From positions 870,001 through 902,000 of the forward strand of contig NC_000964.3 in NCBI RefSeq assembly GCF_000009045.1: 32,000 nucleotides of DNA, written 5' to 3'. Within the stretch, counting starts at the first letter, position 1, and each line of letters begins with the position of its first letter. The translations under genes were made by a program, and so were the position numbers. The DNA is from Bacillus subtilis subsp. subtilis str. 168 (GTDB taxonomy: Bacteria; Bacillota; Bacilli; Bacillales; Bacillaceae). Positions 1 to 9,001 of this stretch are shown piece by piece. The notes under the pieces are model-generated. The model made no database searches, was not told where the DNA came from, and saw nothing but the letters and a program-made list of their open reading frames with translations.

Positions 1-2
1 AA

Positions 3-350
3 GAGGTTTATAAAATTACGGGAAAGCAGGACAACCTGTATTTGCGTCCGCCGCGCGGCGTGTTCAGTGAGTACGTACTGAAAGAAACGAAACGCCTCGG
101 CTATCAAACCGTTTTCTGGTCGGTCGCTTTTGTTGATTGGAAAATCAACAACCAAAAGGGAAAGAAATATGCCTACGATCATATGATCAAGCAGGCGCAC
201 CCGGGAGCCATTTACCTGCTTCACACCGTATCGAGGGACAATGCAGAAGCGCTGGATGACGCGATTACAGATCTGAAAAAACAGGGCTACACTTTTAAAA
301 GCATTGATGATCTGATGTTTGAGAAAGAAATGAGGCTGCCGTCTTTGTAA
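3..350 (+). CDS. pdaA: Polysaccharide deacetylase, N-acetylmuramic acid deacetylase-like, C-terminal part (5' end outside window)
   Basis: The open frame continues to the window edge upstream of the listed TTG at 42 (EVYKITGKQDNLYLRPPRGVFSEYVL...). The LRPPRGVFSEY motif and C-terminal region fit the NodB/PdaA family. Confidence 0.85.
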   Translation, partial: EVYKITGKQDNLYLRPPRGVFSEYVLKETKRLGYQTVFWSVAFVDWKINNQKGKKYAYDHMIKQAHPGAIYLLHTVSRDNAEALDDAITDLKKQGYTFKSIDDLMFEKEMRLPSL

Positions 351-360
351 AAGAGAAAGA

Positions 361-386
361 CCTCTCCTTAAACGGAGAGGCTTTTC
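361..386. terminator. Bidirectional intrinsic terminator between convergent pdaA and yfjR
   Basis: cctctcc-ttaaac-ggagagg followed by cttttctttatttt, with an A-rich stretch upstream. Confidence 0.85.
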
Positions 387-387
387 T

Positions 388-1248
388 TTATTTTATACAT
401 TTAATCAGTGCGGCCCAGTCCAGATCCCCGAAGCCTTTCTCAATCCCGCTTTCAAAATGGCTCTTGGCCAGCTCGGCAAGAGGAAGATTTGCAGAAACCC
501 GTTTTGCGGCGGCGAGTGCCAGGTTGGTATCCTTCAGCCCTAAAGACATTTTGAAGCCGGCCGGCTCAAATTTCTGCTCGGCCATAATGGTTCCGTAATT
601 TTGATAGACTGGAGAACCAAAGAGCGCGCTGGCGATTTCTAAAAATTGTTTTTGTTCTAAGCCGTATTTCTCCATCATTAAAAAGGATTCAGATAACGCC
701 TCCAGCATGGACACAAGCAAGAAATTAATGCTGATTTTGGCTGCATTTGCCGTCTTGCTTTCTTCGCCGACGTCAAATATCTGCTGGCTCAGGCTGTCGA
801 GCAGAGGCTTGGCAGCTTGCTTTGCTTCCGCCGGTCCGGCTGTTATGATACGGAGCGCGGCTTTGGCTGCGGCATCCGGTCTGCCAAGGACAGGAGCGGC
901 GAGAAAAAATTGTCCTTTCTCTGCATGAGCCGCTGCGAGCTTTTCTGAGAACTCAACACTGATTGTGCTCATCGAGATGTGTATGCCGTTCTCTGCTAAT
1001 CCTTCAAGCAGCCCGTCTTCTCCGAATGTCACGGTGCTGACAGAATCATCATCTGCAAGCATTGTGATGACAATATCAGCGGACTTTGCCGCCAGCCGCG
1101 GCGTATCAGCTGCCTGTGCGCCTTCTGTGACAAGGTCTTCTGTCTTTTGTTTCGTCCGGTTATAGACAGTCAATTCGTAGCCTGCTTGAAGAACATTTCG
1201 GGCAATGGGCTGTCCCATATTGCCGAGTCCGATGACAGCAATTTTCAA
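388..1248 (-). CDS. yfjR: 3-hydroxyisobutyrate dehydrogenase-like / beta-hydroxyacid dehydrogenase family oxidoreductase
   Basis: N-terminal Rossmann motif KIAVIGLGNMGQPIARNVLQAGYELTVYNR. TTG start at 1248 follows a GGGAG Shine-Dalgarno (SD); 286 aa. Confidence 0.85.
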   Translation of the reverse strand: MKIAVIGLGNMGQPIARNVLQAGYELTVYNRTKQKTEDLVTEGAQAADTPRLAAKSADIVITMLADDDSVSTVTFGEDGLLEGLAENGIHISMSTISVEFSEKLAAAHAEKGQFFLAAPVLGRPDAAAKAALRIITAGPAEAKQAAKPLLDSLSQQIFDVGEESKTANAAKISINFLLVSMLEALSESFLMMEKYGLEQKQFLEIASALFGSPVYQNYGTIMAEQKFEPAGFKMSLGLKDTNLALAAAKRVSANLPLAELAKSHFESGIEKGFGDLDWAALIKCIK

Positions 1249-1346
1249 TCTAATCACTCCCTGAATATTTTTTCCATTATAAACAATATGAACAGAATAT
1301 GCATAGCGATCGGCTTACAACAAAAAAGAACAGCTGCTCGCTGTCC

Positions 1347-2306
1347 TCATTTAAAAATATTGAACCATCCTTTATGTACAAACCAAATCAGCATTCCAAT
1401 CACAAGCGCGGCCATCAGGCCAAGTACAGCGAAATATCCGTATTTCCAATGCAGCTCCGGCATAAAGTCGAAGTTCATACCGTATACACCGGCAATAAAG
1501 GTGAGCGGGATGAAAATGGTTGATACGATCGTCAGTGTCATCATAATCGCATTCATCCGGTTTGAGTTTAGCGTCACGTAGCTGTCACGCAAGTCGGACG
1601 TCATGTCACGGTTGGATTCCACAATTTCAGACAACTTTAACAAATGATCATATATGTCGCTGAAATAGGCTTTCGTTTCCCGCTGCTCTTTCACATGGTC
1701 AAGGCTTAAAATCCGGTAGAGCAAATCACGCATCGGGATAATCGTCCGTCTCAAATGCAATAGGTCTGTTCTGAGATCAAACACCTCGTTCATCAGCGTT
1801 CCATACGTTTTGTGGGGACGGCTTTCTTCAATTTCATTCAGCCGGTCTTCAATTTTATACACGAGAGGAAAATATTCATCAACAAGCTGATCCATGATCA
1901 TATAAGAAATATGCCCGGGCCCTTTTTTCAATATGTCCGGTGAAGCATACAAACGCTCCCGGACTTTAGCGATACCGGGCGTTTCGTGTAAATGAAAGGT
2001 GACGACAAATTTTTCGCCTTGAAAGATATCGACTTCCTCCGTCTCAAGTGTTTCCTTATTCAGCGCATGAATCACGTAAAAACGATAGCCGTCATAATGG
2101 TCAAGCTTTGGCCGCTGCATATGCTGGAAGCAATCCTCAATGGCAAGCGGGTGAAAATGAAAAAAATCTCTCAATAACGCCGTTTCCGTATCCTCCGGGC
2201 CGTAAAAATCAACCCAGTACCATGCAATATCAGGCTGTTCCACTCGTTCGATCGGTATATTTTTCAGCAGCTGATGCTCTGTTGTGATTGCGGTAATGTT
2301 GATCAT
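1347..2306 (-). CDS. yfjQ: CorA-family divalent cation transporter
   Basis: C-terminal FIAGVYGMNFDFMPELHWKYGYF contains the CorA GMN motif and is flanked by two TM helices. ATG at 2306 is preceded by GGAGGG. Confidence 0.93.
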   Translation of the reverse strand: MINITAITTEHQLLKNIPIERVEQPDIAWYWVDFYGPEDTETALLRDFFHFHPLAIEDCFQHMQRPKLDHYDGYRFYVIHALNKETLETEEVDIFQGEKFVVTFHLHETPGIAKVRERLYASPDILKKGPGHISYMIMDQLVDEYFPLVYKIEDRLNEIEESRPHKTYGTLMNEVFDLRTDLLHLRRTIIPMRDLLYRILSLDHVKEQRETKAYFSDIYDHLLKLSEIVESNRDMTSDLRDSYVTLNSNRMNAIMMTLTIVSTIFIPLTFIAGVYGMNFDFMPELHWKYGYFAVLGLMAALVIGMLIWFVHKGWFNIFK

Positions 2307-2424
2307 AAACAACCCTCCACCTGCCATTATATCATGCGGTCTTTATGAGAAAAGTATACGGTACTCTCTGCCTAATTCCAGCGGCATGTTATACTGAACA
2401 AAAACGGAAAAAAGGGTGGATCTC

Positions 2425-3288
2425 ATGTGGAAGGAAAAAGTATCTGTCACGCCTCCGTATCATTTTGACCGCGTGCTGGACAGGCTGTCTTTAGACCCCC
2501 TCAATGCTGTTGATCGAGAGGCGAGGGAAGTCCGTGTGCCAATCAGAAATCAAGCGGGGGACGTATGTATTGTAAAGGTACAGGCGTTAGGCCATGCGGG
2601 CGAGCCTGAGTTCCTCGTCAGCGGGGAAACGGATCAGGGAGAAATGATGAAGGAAATCAAGCGGATTTTTCAATGGGAAAATCATTTGCAGCACGTTCTG
2701 GATCATTTTTCAAAAACGAGCCTGTCCGCCATTTTTGAAGAGCATGCCGGGACGCCGCTTGTTCTGGACTACAGCGTGTACAACTGCATGATGAAATGCA
2801 TTATCCACCAGCAGCTTAATCTTTCCTTCGCTTACACGCTAACAGAACGGTTTGTTCATGCGTTTGGCGAGCAGAAGGATGGCGTGTGGTGCTATCCAAA
2901 GCCGGAAACGATTGCGGAACTCGATTATCAGGATCTGCGTGATCTGCAATTCAGCATGAGAAAAGCGGAATACACCATTGATACATCAAGGATGATCGCA
3001 GAAGGCACACTCAGCTTGTCAGAGCTGCCGCATATGGCGGATGAAGACATTATGAAGAAACTGATCAAAATCAGGGGTATCGGCCCGTGGACCGTGCAAA
3101 ACGTCCTCATGTTCGGACTTGGCCGTCCCAATTTATTCCCGCTTGCCGATATCGGCCTCCAGAATGCCATCAAACGCCACTTTCAGCTGGACGATAAGCC
3201 GGCAAAGGATGTCATGCTGGCGATGAGCAAGGAGTGGGAGCCTTATTTAAGCTATGCGTCTTTGTATTTGTGGAGGAGTATAGAATAA
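2425..3288 (+). CDS. yfjP: DNA-3-methyladenine glycosylase, AlkA-like (HhH-GPD)
   Basis: HhH-GPD signature LIKIRGIGPWTVQNVLMFGLGRPNLFPLADIGLQ. ATG at 2425 with upstream GGGTGG. Confidence 0.88.
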   Translation: MWKEKVSVTPPYHFDRVLDRLSLDPLNAVDREAREVRVPIRNQAGDVCIVKVQALGHAGEPEFLVSGETDQGEMMKEIKRIFQWENHLQHVLDHFSKTSLSAIFEEHAGTPLVLDYSVYNCMMKCIIHQQLNLSFAYTLTERFVHAFGEQKDGVWCYPKPETIAELDYQDLRDLQFSMRKAEYTIDTSRMIAEGTLSLSELPHMADEDIMKKLIKIRGIGPWTVQNVLMFGLGRPNLFPLADIGLQNAIKRHFQLDDKPAKDVMLAMSKEWEPYLSYASLYLWRSIE

Positions 3289-3401
3289 TTCGTCTGACAA
3301 TGAAGGAAATCCTGCAAACGTGTTATACTAGAAAGATGTGAAAAAACCATTTCACTTTCTGCCATCCGCAGAAAGCTTCATATAGAAACGGAGAGAACAA
3401 C

Positions 3402-4802
3402 GTGAACCAACAAAAGAAACAGGCGCCCGTCGAACTGAAGGTCGGACAAACTTTTCCGCTGACGATTAAGCGTCTCGGCATTAACGGAGAAGGTGTTGGC
3501 TATTTTAAGAAAAAAGTCGTCTTCGTGCCCGGCGCGCTTCCTGGCGAAGAAGTTGTTGTGCAGGCCACAAAGGTCCAGCCGAAGTTTTCGGAGGGCCGCA
3601 TTAAGAAAATCCGCAAGGCATCTGAGCACCGGGTGGCACCGCCTTGCCCTGTTTATGAACAATGCGGCGGCTGTCAGCTTCAGCACCTTGCATACAGCCA
3701 GCAGCTTCGGGAAAAACGTGATATCGTCATTCAGTCTCTTGAACGCCATACGAAGTTTAAAGTTGAAAACATGGAAATCAAAGAAACGATTGGCATGGAC
3801 AACCCGTGGAATTACCGCAATAAAAGCCAATTCCAGATCGGGCGCTCGCAAAGCGGCAGCATCATCGCCGGCTTATACGGCCTTGATTCTCATGATATCG
3901 TGCCGATTAAAGACTGTATCGTTCAGCATCCGGCAACGAACAAAACAACAGGCATCGTCCGCCGCATTTTAGAGGACTTCAATGTGTCTGTTTATAATGA
4001 AAGAAAACGAAAAGGCGACGTTCGCACGATCGTGACGAGAGTCGGCTTTGAAACAGGCGAAGTGCAGGTCGTGCTTGTAACCGCAAAAGAAACGCTTCCG
4101 CACAAGGAAGAAATCGTCAAAGCGATTCAAAAGCGATTGCCAGAGGTCAAATCCATTATTCAGAATGTAAACGGGGCGAAAACCTCAGTGATTTTTGGTG
4201 AGAAAACAAAACAGCTCGCCGGAAAAACAGTGATTCAAGAAGTGCTCGGCGACGTATCTTTTGAATTGAGCGCCCGCGCTTTCTTCCAGCTCAATCCGGA
4301 ACAGACCGTCAAGCTGTATGATGAAGTGAAAAAAGCGGCGCAGCTGACCGGAAAAGAAAAAGTCGTTGATGCGTATTGCGGCGTCGGCACTATCGGCATG
4401 TGGGTTGCGGACGGAGCGAAGGAAGTCCGCGGCATGGACGTCATCAAGGAATCAATTGACGATGCTAAGAAAAACGCCAAAAAACACGGCATGGCAAATG
4501 CCACATACGTAACAGGAACAGCCGAGCACTGGCTCCCGAAATGGACGAAAGAAGGCTTCCGCCCGGACGTCGTCATTGTAGACCCGCCAAGAACGGGCTG
4601 TGACAGCACGTTCTTGGACACGATCAAAAAAGTCAAACCGAAACGCTTTGTCTACGTTTCCTGCAATCCATCCACGCTTGCGAAAGATTTGCAGACGCTG
4701 TCGAAGGACTATCGCGTGGACTATATTCAGCCTGTCGATATGTTTCCGCAGACGGCGCATGTTGAAGCAGTGGCGAGGCTTGTATTAAAATCGTCTAACT
4801 AA
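3402..4802 (+). CDS. yfjO: TrmA/RumA-family RNA (uracil-5-)-methyltransferase
   Basis: GTG start. N-terminal TRAM-like region, [15 protein letters not shown] Fe-S cluster motif, [21 protein letters not shown] and [13 protein letters not shown] catalytic motifs. Confidence 0.93.
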
Positions 4803-4841
4803 AAAGAACATTTCCCAGTCATAAAATAGTTTTCCTAATAA

Positions 4842-4888
4842 GACCTGGATTTCGGTAAAATAAACAATTCCGATTTCCGGGTCTTTTT
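4842..4888 (+). terminator. Intrinsic terminator downstream of yfjO
   Basis: gacctggatttcgg ... ccgatttccgggtc followed by ttttt. Confidence 0.75.
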
Positions 4889-5427
4889 CGTGCGCAGCTC
4901 TTGTCCTAACGGTCTGTTCTCAATTTTATCTTCCTTCTTTTCGCGGAGATCTTTATTTTAACTGGCGAAAAGAATTGAAAAAACGTGTTGAAAAGCAGGT
5001 GAAAAAAAGCGTTATTTAACCGGAAAAATATCCTCCCAGTATGTTTAAAATACATGAGTAGAATGATGTAAAATCATAGATGTATTTTCATAATTTGTAA
5101 AATTATATATTGACTTGCAGTTATTACGTGTGAAATATTGATGATAGGAATATAAGGAAAGTATGGCGTATATCATTTCAAGAGTCATTCGATGTAAAAA
5201 GTTGAAACATTGTAATAAATGAAAGAGGTGAAAATGATGGCCAACCCCATTTTAAAATGCATAACGTATGAGCACTACAACAATTAAATAATAGTGCCGA
5301 GACGATAACAACTATTACAGTAATACCTACAATGGTTATATCCTTGCGACAATCATGCTTCATAATATAATGATTTTAGATTGACACTTGGCTAAAAAGT
5401 ATTGCAGAGAAGGAAATGGATAATTAA

Positions 5428-5694
5428 ATGGATAAAGTATATAAAAGAAGTTGGTTTCAAACATTTTTGGCATTTTTAGTATCTCAGCTTTATTTTAATT
5501 TTGTAGAATTAACGGGATGGGGTCCTAAGTATAGAGAAATGAATGGATTCCCAGCAAACATAGTTGAACTAGATTTCTTTCAAACATATCTTTCATTCTA
5601 TGATAATCCATGGTTTAATATTATTACTGTTTTCTTGGGAGTTTTCACTATTATACAAATAATTACAGGGATAACAAAGGATATTCGAAATTAA
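5428..5694 (+). CDS. Small membrane protein, YfzA-like
   Basis: 88-aa ORF with two predicted hydrophobic segments (FLAFLVSQLYFNFVEL; WFNIITVFLGVFTIIQIITGI). Family name is from memory of small Bacillus proteins. SD is not strong. Confidence 0.6.
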   Translation: MDKVYKRSWFQTFLAFLVSQLYFNFVELTGWGPKYREMNGFPANIVELDFFQTYLSFYDNPWFNIITVFLGVFTIIQIITGITKDIRN

Positions 5695-5764
5695 AGCAAT
5701 AACTTCTGATGCCTTATTTAATGATGAAAGAAAATGTACACTTTCTTAATTATCTTATGAGTGA

Positions 5765-5796
5765 AGACTGCGACACTTAGTCAGCAGTCTATTTTA
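5765..5796 (+). terminator. Probable intrinsic terminator
   Basis: agactgc-gacacttagtca-gcagtct with an internal gac/gtc extension, followed by attttatgg. Confidence 0.55.
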
Positions 5797-6425
5797 TGGT
5801 TCTGGATCAGGATTACCGAATTATAACCCTATACAAATATATAGTAGGTTGCCACTTGCTGCGTTGGTTATTTTCTAAATCATGAGCAAATCCCAAATGA
5901 TTCAGATTGAAGTTCTTGAATTCTTTTAAATAAGGGTTTATTTTCTCTTCTCATCCTCTTTACTCCATGTGATTCACAAGTGGTAGCAGCTTAAGTAGGT
6001 TTTTTCATTCTCTTGAGTACTCAGTTATACCACCCCCAACTCAATTTGCTTTATCTCTATTAGTTTTTCCGCAAATATGATATAGAGATACGGATATGGT
6101 GTAGTGTTAAATATCTTATCTTCAATAACAGGGCAATTATTTTGCGTTGGTAATATGGAGAACTCATATGATATTCTATTTAGGTTGGAATCCTTTTTAT
6201 CCAAAAAGTTCAAAAGCAAGGCCACTAAGAAAGACGAAGGTCAGCGCCAGTTAACCAGAATATAAAAAATAGGGTAGATAATCATCCCACGTGAAATCTT
6301 CAAAATTTACTATAGATTGATAAGAAATGCTTTCGCATGCGATAAGTGTAAAAGAAGCATGGTCAGTTTTTAATTTGGGATAAAGGTTCAGCCGTATCCC
6401 ATAATGAAAGGATTTGATTTTTGTT

Positions 6426-7403
6426 ATGACAGAAAATTTCTGGCGTGAATTACCACGGCCGTTTTTTGTACTGGCACCAATGGAAGATGTGACAGATGTT
6501 GTTTTCCGGCATGTAGTAAGTGAAGCAGGCAGACCGGATGTGTTTTTTACAGAGTTCACAAACTCAGAGAGCTATTGCCACCCGGATGGGAAGGATAGCG
6601 TGCGCGGCCGTTTGACTTTTACAGAGGATGAACAGCCAATTGTGGCCCATATATGGGGAGATAAGCCTGAAAACTTCCGTAAAATGAGTATTGGCATGGC
6701 AGAGTTAGGATTTAAAGGACTAGATATCAATATGGGCTGCCCTGTGCCTAATGTGGCGGGGAATGGAAAGGGAAGCGGCCTTATTTGCCGTCCTGCAGTT
6801 GCGGCAGAATTAATACAAGCTGCAAAAGCAGGGGGATTGCCTGTAAGCGTGAAGACAAGACTTGGATACACGGATGTGGATGAATGGCGCGAGTGGCTGA
6901 CACACATTTTGAAACAGGATATTGCGAATCTTTCTATTCATCTGCGTACAAGGGCAGAAATGAGCAAAGTAGATGCGCATTGGGAGCTCATCCCAGAGAT
7001 TAAGAAACTTCGTGACGAGGTGGCACCAGATACATTGCTAACAATAAACGGGGATATTCCTGACCGTCAAACTGGCTTGAAACTTGCTGAACAATACGGC
7101 GTCGATGGAATTATGATAGGGCGCGGTATTTTTACAAATCCTTTCGCTTTTGAAAAGGAGCCGAAAGAGCATAGCAGCAAGGAATTGCTTGATCTCTTAA
7201 GGCTGCATCTGGATCTCCATGATGAATATTCAAAAGAAGAAGCCCGTCCATACAAGCCTCTTCCTCGCTTTTTCAAGATTTATCTCCGCGGATTCCGAGG
7301 GGCAAGTGAATTAAGAAATCAATGCATGAACACAAAGTCAACAGATGAAGTGCGTGCATTGCTCGACGACTTTGAGAGAAAGTATCTTGATGGGATAGAG
7401 TAA
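6426..7403 (+). CDS. yfjN: tRNA-dihydrouridine synthase
   Basis: [36 protein letters not shown] and [10 protein letters not shown] are Dus-family motifs. ATG at 6426 lies downstream of AAAGGA. Confidence 0.92.
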   Translation: MTENFWRELPRPFFVLAPMEDVTDVVFRHVVSEAGRPDVFFTEFTNSESYCHPDGKDSVRGRLTFTEDEQPIVAHIWGDKPENFRKMSIGMAELGFKGLDINMGCPVPNVAGNGKGSGLICRPAVAAELIQAAKAGGLPVSVKTRLGYTDVDEWREWLTHILKQDIANLSIHLRTRAEMSKVDAHWELIPEIKKLRDEVAPDTLLTINGDIPDRQTGLKLAEQYGVDGIMIGRGIFTNPFAFEKEPKEHSSKELLDLLRLHLDLHDEYSKEEARPYKPLPRFFKIYLRGFRGASELRNQCMNTKSTDEVRALLDDFERKYLDGIE

Positions 7404-7470
7404 CAGCAGTGCTTGATTCAAAAAAGGCTAACAAAATAAAGGGATTTTTACACAATTCTTGACTAAAATA

Positions 7471-7506
7471 AACCTGGATTTTCGGTAAATCCGGGTCTTT
7501 TTTGTA
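7471..7506 (+). terminator. Intrinsic terminator downstream of the dus gene
   Basis: cctggattt-tcggt-aaatccggg followed by tctttttt. Confidence 0.8.
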
Positions 7507-7598
7507 CGCAGCTTTTACTCAGCCTGTCTTTTCTCTAATTTATTGTAAGAAAATAATGGTATATTTAGTGGAGATATCATATAAAGGGGGAGAGGAAA

Positions 7599-8051
7599 AT
7601 GAAACGGCTATGCATCATCCCCTGCGGCAAGAAAAAAATCTGGGATGTCCAGCCTGATGCCGGGCCGGTAAGAGCAGAGGACGCTTATCTCAGCCCGTTT
7701 CATCAGGCGTGCGAGCGGTATGCAAAAACATTTTTCGATGAGTGGGTGATTTTGTCGGCGAAGCACGGGTTCCTCCGCCCTGATGATCTCGTTTCGGGAA
7801 ATTACGATGTCACTTTTGGCACCGGTCATCCGGAAATCATGACAGCGGACGAGCTGCGCCGTCAATTTCACGAAAAAGGCTTTTCTGATATCGAAGAGCT
7901 AGTCATGCTTGGCGGAAAAAAATATCGAAGCGTTCTAAACGCCGTCATCGGAGAACACCAGCATATCAGCTGGCCGCTATCATCATACAAAGGCATAGGC
8001 TATATGCTCCAAGCGCTGAACCGGGCTGTTGAAGAAAAGCATGAACTGTAG
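7599..8051 (+). CDS. yfjM: Conserved hypothetical protein (DUF6884-like)
   Basis: GGGGGAGAG SD upstream. Motifs IIPCGKKKIWD and WVILSAKHGFLRPDD. Confidence 0.75.
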   Translation: MKRLCIIPCGKKKIWDVQPDAGPVRAEDAYLSPFHQACERYAKTFFDEWVILSAKHGFLRPDDLVSGNYDVTFGTGHPEIMTADELRRQFHEKGFSDIEELVMLGGKKYRSVLNAVIGEHQHISWPLSSYKGIGYMLQALNRAVEEKHEL

Positions 8052-8080
8052 CACGTACATATGAGGAAAAGAGTGGGAAC

Positions 8081-8770
8081 ATGAAAAAACTTGTGTTTGG
8101 CTTGCTTGCCATTGTGTTATTCGGATGCGGACTATATATCTATCATGTATGGTTCGGTGATCCATTTTCGAAAAATGCTGCAGAACAGAAGCTAGTGTCT
8201 TATGTGAAACAAACCTATCCTAAGAAAGAAATCAAGATCACGAATGGGGTATATAACGCTAAAACGTCTGAATATGTATTTGAAGCAACCTCCCAATCTC
8301 ATCGCTACCCAATGTGTACGAAGGGATTTCTGCATCCTAAAGTAACGTGCGATGGAATTGAAGAAGCGTATACCGAATCAGTAGCAAAACATGTAAATGA
8401 AGAAGCAACGAAGGCAATCGAAGCAGATCTGAAAAAAGCGGTTCCTCGATTTATAAAAGCTGATGCTGCTTTGAGTATCGAAAACGGACAGTTCACGTTA
8501 GATACAAAATGGAACAAAAAGCTGGCTGAAAAAGCGCCTATGAGCATGACGATTCAGTTAGACGCCAGCGGGTTATCAAAAACAGATGCCGCAAAGATGG
8601 CGGAAACGGTCAGAAAAACGCTTAATGAAAAGGGATATACATACTCAAACGGCACGATAGACTGTATGCAGAAGGACGGGGACGGCGGTATTGGATATGT
8701 CAAATATTCAATTGATTTTCTTTCAAAAGCAGCTATTCAGTCAAACGATGCAGAGGAACTAGGAAGTTAA
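8081..8770 (+). CDS. yfjL: Hypothetical membrane-anchored or exported protein
   Basis: 229 aa with N-terminal hydrophobic segment KKLVFGLLAIVLFGCGLYIYHVWF. Position matches yfjL. Confidence 0.72.
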   Translation: MKKLVFGLLAIVLFGCGLYIYHVWFGDPFSKNAAEQKLVSYVKQTYPKKEIKITNGVYNAKTSEYVFEATSQSHRYPMCTKGFLHPKVTCDGIEEAYTESVAKHVNEEATKAIEADLKKAVPRFIKADAALSIENGQFTLDTKWNKKLAEKAPMSMTIQLDASGLSKTDAAKMAETVRKTLNEKGYTYSNGTIDCMQKDGDGGIGYVKYSIDFLSKAAIQSNDAEELGS

Positions 8771-8810
8771 AAAGATTTCCAAGGAAATAAATACGTCGAT
8801 CATTGTCAAA

Positions 8811-8838
8811 GGCCGGGTGATATCCGGTCTTTTTTTTG
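8811..8838 (+). terminator. Intrinsic terminator downstream of yfjL
   Basis: ggccgggtgatatccggtc followed by a long T run. Confidence 0.8.
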
Positions 8839-8866
8839 CATGCTGTAAAACGAGACAAATGAATCA

Positions 8867-8904
8867 GTTTGAGACAAAACGAGACACACGTCTCAAACTG
8901 TCTC
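8867..8904. promoter_or_regulatory. Candidate upstream activating sequence for AcoR (nested GAGAC/GTCTC inverted repeats)
   Basis: GTTTGAGAC (8867-8875) pairs with GTCTCAAAC (8890-8898). GAGAC at 8871 and 8881 also mirror GTCTC at 8890 and 8900. The array is about 45-80 bp upstream of the sigma-54 box. Confidence 0.75.
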
Positions 8905-8946
8905 CAAAGTGAAGATGAGAAGACTGATTTTACGGGCTCAAAAGAC

Positions 8947-8962
8947 TGGCACACTTCTTGCA
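8947..8962 (+). promoter_or_regulatory. Sigma-54 (SigL) -24/-12 promoter of acoABCL
   Basis: TGGCACACTTCTTGCA matches the consensus TGGCAC-N5-TTGCW. Confidence 0.95.
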
Positions 8963-9001
8963 TTTATAATGGTGAACCCTAAATAGAAGGAGGCGCACAA
9001 A

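Noticed and set aside
3378-3972. Antisense 157-aa (3378..3851 -) and overlapping 159-aa (3493..3972 +) ORFs in the track
   Set aside because: They lie within yfjO, which has full catalytic motifs. They look like shadow frames of a biased codon pattern, with no plausible SD or family.
8081-8770. YfjL as a lipoprotein
   Set aside because: The N-terminus has LFGC, but Phe at the -2 position and lack of a typical lipobox make a simple TM anchor or signal sequence equally likely; not asserted.
8733-8963. 76-aa plus-strand ORF covering the yfjL tail and aco promoter
   Set aside because: Runs through the yfjL terminator, the AcoR dyads and the sigma-54 box; not a credible gene.
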